33,984 bases of DNA. Origin: Chrysochromulina tobinii (taxonomy: Eukaryota). Positions 1-8,699 of this stretch are shown in pieces (position 1 is the stretch's first letter; each line of letters begins with the position of its first letter). The stretch spans positions 1-33,984 of the forward strand of contig JWZX01001854.1 of the NCBI GenBank assembly GCA_001275005.1, given 5' to 3'. Below the pieces are notes generated by a model. It made no database searches. It was not told the origin of the DNA and saw only the letters and a list, made by a program, of their open reading frames with translations. Both the position numbers and the translations under genes were made by a program.

Positions 1-1476
1 CGCATCGCCGCGGCCATCGCCGTCGCCGCCGCCGCCGCCGCCGCCGGCGCCAGCGCCGCCGCCGCCGCCGCCCTCGCCCTCGCCCTTACGGCGCACCGCC
101 TCGGCGGCGGCGGCCTGGCGAGCCCACACCTCGACGCCGCTGATGGCCTCGCGCAGCAGCGCCGCCGCCTCCTGTCGCAGCCGCTCCTGACGCGCCGCCT
201 CGAGCGCCTCCGCCTCCGCCGCGGCCACCGCCTGCGCCGCGAGCTGCTCGACCGTTGCGGCACGATCGGCTTCATTCGGCGCGCCCGCGAGCGCGCGCCT
301 GGACGAGAGCGAGTCGAGGGCGCTGTGGTGAGCGCTTGCATGCAAGGCAGGTCATCAGTGGCAATCAACGTACCTGGACGAGAGCGAGTCGAGGGCGCTG
401 TGGTGAGCGCGTGCATGCAAGGCAGGTCATCAGTGGCAATCAACGTACCTGGACGAGAGCGAGTCGAGGAGGCTCGCATACGGCGCCGCGCCGCCGCTCA
501 TCGTGCCGCTCGCGCCGAGCGCCCTCGAACGCGCCGTCTCGGTTTGGACTGACGAACCCGAGAGGATTCCCACAGCCACCGACGAGGCGGACAGGACGCG
601 CCCCGTGTCGAGCAGCGCGCGACGAAGGAGGTACTCAGCCGTCTGGACCGCCAGCCGCGAATCGAGCAGCGCGCGGTTCAAGATGGTCTGCCCGAGCTGC
701 TCGAGGGCGTCGCGCGCGCCCTGTGCAAACGAGCGCAGCTCGAAATTCAGCTTAGATACGCTCTTGAGTGCTTCCGACTCGTAGCCGGCGGCCGCGGCTG
801 CCTCGGCGGCTTGCTTGCGCTCCGCCTCCTTGATCACGCCAAAGGCAGAGCGCAGCGCCTCCTCCTTCTCGCTGTCAATCAGCCGGCTGTACGTCGACTT
901 CGTCGCCTCCACCATCTCGTCCACCGACAGGCCACGCCCGTCGCGATCGAGCGACCACGGCTCCGGCCCGCCGCGCCGCATCCGCACGATGATCGGCGCG
1001 GGCGCGGCCTCGACAGCAGCGAGCACGTCTTCGAGCGCGCTCCAGCTCGCCTGGAGCTTGCTCTGGTACGTTCTGCCCTCCACCTCGGTGACATAGTCTC
1101 CCACCTCGAGCCGCCCGCTCGCAGACGCATTCAGGTTGTATGCGGCCGCCGAGCCGCCCTCGAGCACCTCCGAGATGAACACACCACGGCCCGAGGGGTT
1201 CTGAGCCAGCAGCAGTCCCAGCGGCTTGGTGGGCAGCACGACCTGGAACGCGCGACCCTGGCCGCGCTCGCTGCGCGGCTTCGCCTGCTGGGCCGAGGCG
1301 GCCGCACTGCGCGCCGCCTGAGCGCCAGCTTCTCGGGCGAGCGTGTCACCGCCAGACGATGGAGCGCACGCGCGAGGCGAAGTGAGTCGCGACGTCAATA
1401 GGACTGGTCGGCGGACGATCTGGGCACCGTGCACGGCTGCGACCGCGACCGCGACCAAGTATGTGAAGACCCTCAT
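1..1476 (-). CDS. PDZ-domain protein with N-terminal signal/plastid-targeting peptide; 3' end runs off the window; intron 299-448
   Basis: ATG at 1476 gives MRVFTYLVAVAVAAVHG (signal peptide). PDZ-like segment KPLGLLLAQNPSGRGVFISEVLEGGSAA...LEVGDYVTEVEG. Removing the GT..AG intron 448-299 continues the frame into RRALAGAPNEADRAATVEQLAAQA... toward the window edge. Confidence 0.75.
298..469 (-). repeat. 75-bp tandem repeat (2.3 copies) forming a 150-nt GT-AG intron (299-448)
   Basis: cctggacgagagcgagtcgagg starts at 298, 373 and 448. On the minus strand each unit reads AG|GTACGT...CAG and contains an in-frame stop. Confidence 0.85.
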
Positions 1477-1513
1477 TTGCGAGGTTGCGGAATATGTGCC
1501 TACCACAACGCTC

Positions 1514-2254
1514 ATGCATGATGCCGGTCCACTCCCCCGCCGATGCGATCTCGTGCAGCAACGCCCACGCGGCCTTCGACTGTTGGGCAAGGGTGTCGCG
1601 GTGCTGCCAGCAGCACTCACTTTGGAGCAGCAGCAGCAGCTCCTGCTTGACAGCATGCACGCGATGCCGGCGAGAAGGGCCAGCGGAGTGCACCTTGGCA
1701 ACAAGCAGCCTCCAAACTCTGCCTGGTGCTACGACAATGAATCTCGCGCGGCGCAGCAACGCCGCCCGCTGTGCCTCGACTACGCTCAGGAGCTGTTTGG
1801 CTGCTTGGGGCAGCAGCACCGCCTTGGCGCACTCTTTGAGGCGGACAACCGCGAGCAGAGCCGAAGCTTGCATCTGCTGCCGCTAATCGGGAAGCTGACC
1901 TTCCAAAATGTGTGGGCGCGGCTCTACTTGCCCACGGACGCACTGGGCTGGCATCGAGACCCATACCATAGCATCGCTGGCTGGGTGTGCATCATCAATC
2001 TAGGCGCCGACGTCACTGTCGCGTGGCGTCACGGCGGCCAAGGAGCGATGGTGCACAGGGCGCGGCTCGCTAGCGGCGATGTCATCTTCTTCAATGGCGA
2101 GATCTTAGAGCACGCCATTGAACAGGTGCACGAGGGCACGTGCCCGCCCTTTTTCTTTGCGGCCATGGGTGAGACTCCATACGTGCGCGTCGGCCTACAG
2201 ATGCGAGCTCAGGAGCCACCGGCACTGCTGGCCGCGCCGATCCGACAAGAATAA
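1514..2254 (+). CDS. AlkB-like 2OG-Fe(II) dioxygenase
   Basis: N-terminal GVAVLPAALTLEQQQQLL; HxD motif in LYLPTDALGWHRD; IINLGA; LASGDVIFFNG; distal His in EHAI; RVGLQMR (RxxxxxR). First ATG in frame is 1514. Confidence 0.85.
   Translation: MHDAGPLPRRCDLVQQRPRGLRLLGKGVAVLPAALTLEQQQQLLLDSMHAMPARRASGVHLGNKQPPNSAWCYDNESRAAQQRRPLCLDYAQELFGCLGQQHRLGALFEADNREQSRSLHLLPLIGKLTFQNVWARLYLPTDALGWHRDPYHSIAGWVCIINLGADVTVAWRHGGQGAMVHRARLASGDVIFFNGEILEHAIEQVHEGTCPPFFFAAMGETPYVRVGLQMRAQEPPALLAAPIRQE
1574..1672 (+). repeat. 99-bp exact dispersed repeat, copy 1
   Basis: cttcgactgttgggcaag...gcatgcacgcgatgccggcg is identical to 5977-6075. Confidence 0.95.
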
Positions 2255-2539
2255 AGAACATATTGCCGGCCTGCCGGGTACGTTATAGGAATAGGTCGCG
2301 TATTTAGCTTTCAATTTAGCTGGTCCGTTAACGCCTATGTCAACGGTGTCAAAGTCGTCAAGAATCGAGCGAGGACAAGAGGTGTTCGTGTTCTCTATCG
2401 TATCGGGAGGCGGTCCACGCGTCCCCGACCCCGACATGTCGATGTCCCGTCCCGCGTCCACCGGTCAGGTCTCCACGGGTCGGGTCGGGTCCGTGGTCGC
2501 ACCGTCGCCGCTCGGCTGTGATGCCCGCTGTCCGGCGGG

Positions 2540-3217
2540 TCAATACACTTGCTCCGCGTACTCGCACAGCAAAGACCTGCGCTTATTAGCATCCTTCTCG
2601 CTCATGCCGGCTGGGCGCAATATCGAGTCACAGCGGCCACTTCCGCCATCCACAAGGATGACGTCCACGAAGGCCGTTGCTCCTGGTCGAAGCACATAGG
2701 GCGCCTTGGCACCAACGTATCGTCCGGTTGGCCCATAGTTTATGCGCCGAATACCCGCGTCGAAGGCATTCGGCACGACAAGGCGTCGCCAGCCGCCCTC
2801 GCGCATACCCATGATTCCAGCGTCGATGCCGTTGGGTATGCGGTCCGTCGGCGTGCCCAGCACCCAGCTGTACGGCCGATTCTCTTGGAAGCTGTAGTCG
2901 GCGACAGGGCCGCTTCGAAAGCCGTCGGCCCAGATCTTGTAATGAGCGTACACTCGCTGACCGGCGCCGGGTTCGGGACCGTCGCCCAACACGAGGTCAA
3001 TGACGCGCACGCCCGACGAGCCCGCCAGCATGGCGCCGATGTTGGGCGCCTTGCTGAGCTCGTCGAGGCGTGCCAGCTCCGCGTCGCTCATGCCCTTGAA
3101 CGGACCCCACGTGACACGCTTAGAGGAAAGTTCTTGCGCAAATGCTGGCTGTTGTGGCAGGGACAGCCCCGCGGCTGCCGCCGCGAGTACTAGACGGCGT
3201 TGGTTGTCGAGGCGCAT
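2540..3217 (-). CDS. FKBP-type peptidyl-prolyl isomerase, probably thylakoid-lumenal
   Basis: Tat-like RRLVLAAAAAGLSLPQQPAFA; FKBP core SGVRVIDLVLGDGPEP...VYAHY...IPNGIDAGIMGMREGGWRRLVVP...ATAFVDVILV. Start at ATG 3217 is uncertain. Confidence 0.88.
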   Translation of the reverse strand: MRLDNQRRLVLAAAAAGLSLPQQPAFAQELSSKRVTWGPFKGMSDAELARLDELSKAPNIGAMLAGSSGVRVIDLVLGDGPEPGAGQRVYAHYKIWADGFRSGPVADYSFQENRPYSWVLGTPTDRIPNGIDAGIMGMREGGWRRLVVPNAFDAGIRRINYGPTGRYVGAKAPYVLRPGATAFVDVILVDGGSGRCDSILRPAGMSEKDANKRRSLLCEYAEQVY

Positions 3218-3360
3218 GAAAAAGTTTCCCAAGTGTGAATTTAGGTGTTTACTTCTGAAACCCGGATTGGGAGCAGGTTCACGTTTAGAAAAAGGCGAGC
3301 ACACTTTGGAATGAAGCGGCGCGGGCGTGTGCGAGGTGTGCATGCGAGGTGTTGCCCTTC

Positions 3361-4005
3361 ATGCTTCTTCGTGCATGTCCGCCTCTCTTCACCTCTCATC
3401 GTCTCCATCGCCGAAACTTTGCGCTCCCTTTGCCAGCTTTCGCCCTGGCTGCAGTAAAATTTGGTGGTGCCGCCATATTGAAAAAGGTTGCGCTCTCAAA
3501 GGTCATGCAAAAGGTAGGACCGGACAAAATCCTTGGCGAGCTGCGTGCTCTCAACAATCAGCTGCGCTTGTCGGGCGTTCCATACGGTGCCAAGGTTGCA
3601 GATGCGTCAGAAGAGTCGCTGAATGTGCTGGAGCGCTCTCTTACGAACCTCAAGGGAGATGAAAGAGTTGGCGCTCTATGGACCTGGTACTCAACCCTTG
3701 AGAAGAAAAATCCATCACTTGCGGCGGCAGTGCTCAAAACGTGGCTCGAAACGCTCCCAGGAATGAAGTGGGCCTCGGTGCTGATGAGCAAGGGCAGCGG
3801 CAGCTCTGCCAGCGGCAGCAGTAGCACTGGCAGCGACACAAGCAGCAGCAGCAGCCGCAGCGCTGAAGCTGCGAGTCTAATGGACGCATCCGATGAAGCG
3901 AGCGTACGCGCGTCGTCGGTGCTGGAGGCAATCCGCAAAACGCACCCGGACGTGTTCAAGGAGTACTATGTGGTGCTCATACCACGCGAGGACGAGTCGG
4001 TATAG
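3361..4005 (+). CDS. hypothetical protein, possible mitochondrial transit peptide
   Basis: ATG 3361; Arg/Leu-rich N-terminus lacking acidic residues (MLLRACPPLFTSHRLHRRNF); helical, protein-like body; Ser-rich linker. Confidence 0.7.
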   Translation: MLLRACPPLFTSHRLHRRNFALPLPAFALAAVKFGGAAILKKVALSKVMQKVGPDKILGELRALNNQLRLSGVPYGAKVADASEESLNVLERSLTNLKGDERVGALWTWYSTLEKKNPSLAAAVLKTWLETLPGMKWASVLMSKGSGSSASGSSSTGSDTSSSSSRSAEAASLMDASDEASVRASSVLEAIRKTHPDVFKEYYVVLIPREDESV

Positions 4006-4605
4006 GGGCCGCGGGCCGACGGCGATCGCGCACGGCTTTGGAGCAGCCGCGGTGTGCTTTGGTGTGCTGGCAAGCTGGCGCTTCGGACCTTCGGCATTGT
4101 CATGGGATGACTCGCCCTTGGAGCCTGTCTGAGGTCTCATAGGCCCAGTCGCCGAGATTGTGCATCACAGTATAAGATCGGCTTTGTGAATGATCGCTCG
4201 CGCGTATCTTTTAACCTCTATGAATACCACATCACGTGAACGTAAGAACGTTTAAGAACGTATAAAGCCGGGCCGGTCCGTCGATCGCGATTGGATTCCG
4301 CATCATATTACGCTCTCGCTCATCGGGAGACGAGAGGCAACGGTACTGTACGGGCAAAGTCGATTGAAAGAGCGAAAAGCGTCCCCTTCGACGCTGCAGC
4401 TATTGGATCGAAACAGCTGAGTCCACAACGCAAGCATTCAAACGAGAAGTTAGCGGACCGCCGGGCGAACGGCGATCGGATGGAGTCTCTCCCCTGTGGC
4501 AGCATGCACGCTGAGAGAGGCAGCGCCTCAGCGCAGCCTCGTACACGAGCGCAAGCCGATACGCAAGCCGAGCGCGCCTACCATGGCGCCCACGTATGTG
4601 GGGCT

Positions 4606-5541
4606 TCAGATGACCACTGCGATTGCAGGCCCGCCCGCGCTCAACGAGCCCACCGCTCGCGTCACTGGGGGAGACAGGGGTGGCAGGGTCGCTCTACCGC
4701 CCGTGCCCAAGGGCTGAACGGCAGAGGCGACGCCGACGTGGAAGCGCTTGGGAGCACTGGTGGGGGGAGCACGAGAAAGTGATGGATCGGTCTCGGCGGA
4801 GGCTGCGGCAACTTGGGCCTCTGAAGCGGCCTCCCCCGCGGAGGCCTCCCCCGATGGGAGCCTCGGGCTCTCCGAGTGCGCACCCCCCCCCCTGGGCGAG
4901 ACAGCTTGGGTTCCACCGCCCGTGCCCACAGGCTGGGCGGCAGAGACCGACACGTCCAACCCAACGTGGATACGTTTGGAAGCACTGTTGGGCGCACGAA
5001 TCTCGGCGGAGACCACTTGAGCCTCCGTACCGGCCTCATCTTCGGGGCCCTCCGACTGCCCACTGCCCCGGGGCGAGACGGTTTGAGCCTTCAGTCGAAA
5101 GCGATTCACAGGCTTCGTGGAAGAGCTCGTCGAGCTCAATATGGATCCTAAACGTTCGGGGCGCTCCTCCGTGCTGTCTGAGACCTGCTCAGTGCTCCTG
5201 CCACTGGCTGGCTTGGAATCCGTGCTGTCTAAGTCCTGCACACTTCTGCTATCACCAGCTGGGTTTGCACCAGGCGAGTGGTGGGTTGCGGCGGTCATCT
5301 CGGTCTCCGAAGAGGAGGGCCCGGCGGCGCCGGCCGGCCCAGTACGCATCGAGGCTCTGTCACCGACGCGTGAGGACGTCTCCGCGGTGTTCTGCTGGCC
5401 ATGTGGATTCCCGCACACCGCGTCACGATAAATGAAGCGGCGTCGGGAGATGCGGTCCATCAAAAGTACTGCGAGCGGCGTCGCGAGGATCGATACGCCA
5501 ATCGCGACGAGGCCGGCGATGTGGTGTGCAAATTCGTGCAT
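4606..5541 (-). CDS. hypothetical single-TM protein with disordered, internally duplicated tail
   Basis: ATG 5541; hydrophobic IAGLVAIGVSILATPLAVLLM followed by RISRRR; repeated KR(I/F)HVG...QP(V/L)GTGG. Confidence 0.5.
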   Translation of the reverse strand: MHEFAHHIAGLVAIGVSILATPLAVLLMDRISRRRFIYRDAVCGNPHGQQNTAETSSRVGDRASMRTGPAGAAGPSSSETEMTAATHHSPGANPAGDSRSVQDLDSTDSKPASGRSTEQVSDSTEERPERLGSILSSTSSSTKPVNRFRLKAQTVSPRGSGQSEGPEDEAGTEAQVVSAEIRAPNSASKRIHVGLDVSVSAAQPVGTGGGTQAVSPRGGGAHSESPRLPSGEASAGEAASEAQVAAASAETDPSLSRAPPTSAPKRFHVGVASAVQPLGTGGRATLPPLSPPVTRAVGSLSAGGPAIAVVI

Positions 5542-5968
5542 TGTGGTCGTAGCCCAGGAGTGCGCGCCGGTCGCGCCGCGTCCGGACGTGAGCCGCCGCG
5601 TGCGTGCGCGGCGTGGGAAGATCGGTGACGGAAGCGCTCGGAACGGCGTTTGTCGATAGGCGTTCCCACACACCGGAACTCGCCCTTGTGTCCCGGCTCC
5701 CCCCGCCGGAGTTTTCCCCGCCCCTAAACCGTCGAGTCTTTCTTGTGGCGGTCGTGTCTTCTACTGCCGCGGCGGGCGGCGGCGTCCGGGAATCAGCGCC
5801 TTGGGAGCTGGACGGTTCTGCGACCGAAGTCTCGGGCTCAACGACAGTTCCGTCGCCGCCGCCGCCAGACGACGACGCGGACGAAGATGGAATCACGAGC
5901 GGCTCAACCTGGGACGCCTGCTCCTCCGCATTTCGATAGAAACGATCTACAGTGCGCGGCGGCGTCAT
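5423..5968 (-). CDS. hypothetical low-complexity protein (possibly the 5' part of the 4606-5541 gene)
   Basis: ATG 5968, MTPPRTVDRFYRNAEEQASQVEPLVIP...GVWERLS has natural disordered-protein composition. It overlaps the next ORF in another frame and I see no obvious intron joining them. Confidence 0.35.
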   Translation of the reverse strand: MTPPRTVDRFYRNAEEQASQVEPLVIPSSSASSSGGGGDGTVVEPETSVAEPSSSQGADSRTPPPAAAVEDTTATRKTRRFRGGENSGGGSRDTRASSGVWERLSTNAVPSASVTDLPTPRTHAAAHVRTRRDRRALLGYDHNARICTPHRRPRRDWRIDPRDAARSTFDGPHLPTPLHLS

Positions 5969-8662
5969 CTTCGAAGCTTCGACTGTTGGGCAAGGGTGTC
6001 GCGGTGCTGCCAGCAGCACTCACTTTGGAGCAGCAGCAGCAGCTCCTGCTTGACAGCATGCACGCGATGCCGGCGTGGGCTGCGGCGTTGGCCGAGCCCG
6101 ATGAGGTAAGTGCCCGAGACGTTCCCGGCGGCTCGTCATCTTTTGAGTACGTCAAGGGCGAGGGCGTCGCATCGCTCGTTGATGGCCAGTGCCACTCATC
6201 GCATCTCCGCGAGCTCGCGCTGCGGCGCAAGGCGGGTGTGCTGCGTGCGCTCGTCGAGAGCGACGAGGACCCGCCAGCCTCGTCGTATGGCAGCGTGCCG
6301 GAGCTGCGTGCGGACTTTTCGTTGCCCTCGCAGTCCGAGCTCGAGGAGCTGCGCGCCCAACTCGGCGCCCATTTCTTGCTGGCTGGTTCGGAGAGGCTCC
6401 CCCCCTCTGACCAGCTGACTGTGCTCATGGGATCGTTCCAATCCGAATTGCAACGGTTGCTCCACTCTGTGCACGAGTGGTGTGAACACGCGCTCGCGGA
6501 GCAGCAAGATCTCGGGTGGGAGATCTCGCTCGTCTTCTCGATCGAGCTCAGCCAGGCGGCCAAGCGCATGCACACGCAACATGCGCAGATTGGGCTTAGC
6601 TTCCCGCCGCTGCCACGACAGCGCGCCGAGGCCCACGCCGCCGCCCACGCCGCCGCCCACGCCGCCGCCCACGCCACCGCCCACGCCCACGCCCACGCCC
6701 ACGCCGCCGCCCACTACGGCGCGCCGGTGGGCAGCATGCCTTCCGCCGCCACGGAGGCGGCCGCTGCCAATAGAGATGAGACGGCGCCAGGGGAGCTCGG
6801 CGAGATGGCGGCGGCGGCGGCGGCGGCGACGGCAGCCATGAGCGAGGCATTCGAAACGCTCGGCGCCGCCCAGCAGACCATAATGGAAGAGCTGAGCCTC
6901 GGGCTCGCCACCGCCAACGACGACGCCACCTCGCGTGCCGCCGAGTCTCGCAGCAAGACGGGCGGCACTGCCGCACGCCTATGCCGCTTCCTTCGTTCAC
7001 ACCTGCCCGCGGCGGCGCTGCGCTTCGCCGAGAGCGCTGAGCTGCTCCTCAAAGAGGCTGCCGAGGCCGCCAATGATGAACTCGAGCACGCGCATGCAAG
7101 CGGGGTTTCGTCACCCCCCGAGCCGAGTCGTTCCCTCGCGGCGTGGCGCGAGCGGCTGCGCGAGGTCAGATCTGAGATGAAACACTGATGGCATCTGATG
7201 ACCGCTGAAGACCGCTGAAGACCTCTGATGACCTCTGATGACCTCTGATGGCCTCTGATGACGCGAGCGGCTGCGCGACCTCTGCTTGCCTCTCACGACC
7301 TCTGCTTGCCTCCCTCATCAGGTACGAGACGACCTGACGGCGGTCATCGAGGCGCCCTCGATGCTCGCTGTGCGACGGCTCGACGCCCTGTCGCCGGCGA
7401 CCACCGAGCAGGCCGCGGGCGTCGTGTCGGGCCTGCAGGCCGCGACGGTGCGCTCGCAACGGCGCGTCCACCCGAGGGCTGATTGCCTGGCTCATCAGTA
7501 TGATTGCCTCCCTCATCAGGTGTGCACGCAGCGGCGCGTCCACCCGAGCATTCGCCTAGCTGAGTGTCGCGTGCAGCTCGGCTGGATGCATGGCAGCTCC
7601 GCGTACGGCGAGCGGACGGCGGATGGAGTGGTTCAGGCGGCGGCGCGGCGTGGCGCTTGGGAGAGCACTTCGGGCGCATTCACAGCGGGCTGGGACGAGC
7701 ACTGCGCCGCGTGCCTCTCATGCATCGAACGGGCGAGCGATGCTGTTGGACACGTGGTCAATGACGCGGCCGACGCAGCGCATGTGTCGGCGGAGGCGAT
7801 CCGCGACGAGTTACGGCGCGTCATCTCGCAGACGATCTCGGAGGCATCTCGGCCGATCCGCGACGAGTTACGGCGCGTCATCTCGCAGACGATCTCGGAG
7901 GCATCTCGGCCGCTCGAGCGGGAGGCGCGGCGCGTTGCCGCGCGTCTGGCGAGCGCTGAGGCGGCGACCAAGGAGGAGGCGGCGGCGGCGGCGGCGGCCG
8001 ATGCGGCGGCGACGGCGGGGGCGAAGGCGGCGTTCAAGCAGGCGACCACAGCGACGGCGAGGGAGGAGGCAAAGGAGAATGCCCCTGGAGGCCGTTCGGC
8101 TGTGGAAGGCCGTTCGGCTGTGGAAGGCCGTTCGGCTGTGGAAGGCCGTTCGGCTGTGGAAAGCCGTTCGGCTGTGGAGCGCGCCGAGTGGCGAGAGCGA
8201 CAGGAGCTCCTGCGCAAGCGCGAGGCATCCGAGGCGCGGCAAAAGGAGGCGGCCGTTGACATGATGCGCCGGCGCCAACACGAAGAGGCGACGCGCCAGC
8301 AGCAGCGGCAGCAGGTCGAGGAGCAGCAGGCACGCAAGGAGCGCGAGCGAGACGAGCGGCAGAGAGACGAGCAGTTGGAGCAGCAGCGGCGTGTTGAGCA
8401 GCAGCGTCGGCGGCAGCGCGAGGCAGCCTCGGAGGCACGTGCGGAAGCCGAAGCCGAGGCGCTCCGTGCACGCGCCGCCGAGGAGGACGCCTGGCAACAG
8501 TCCGAGCGGCTCGTTCGAGAGGCAGAGCGGCGCGCCGTCGAGCTCCGTGCCGCCGCAGCAGCGGCGAGCAAGGCCGACGCTCAGGAGCGTGCACGTGCGG
8601 AACGCCGACGTCGGGAGGGCGAGGAGCGTCAGTTTGCAGCCGCGCGGGAGCGCGAGCAAAGG

Positions 8663-8699
<37 letters not shown>

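Noticed and set aside
298..469. 22-bp repeats separated by 53-bp spacers, resembling a CRISPR array
   Set aside because: The spacers are near-identical to each other, the context is a eukaryotic intron, and there are no cas genes.
2195..2461. 88-aa minus ORF and (cgggt)3 / ccccgac inverted motifs between convergent genes
   Set aside because: It overlaps the AlkB 3' end, has no family motif, and the inverted repeat is too short and imperfect to call a MITE.
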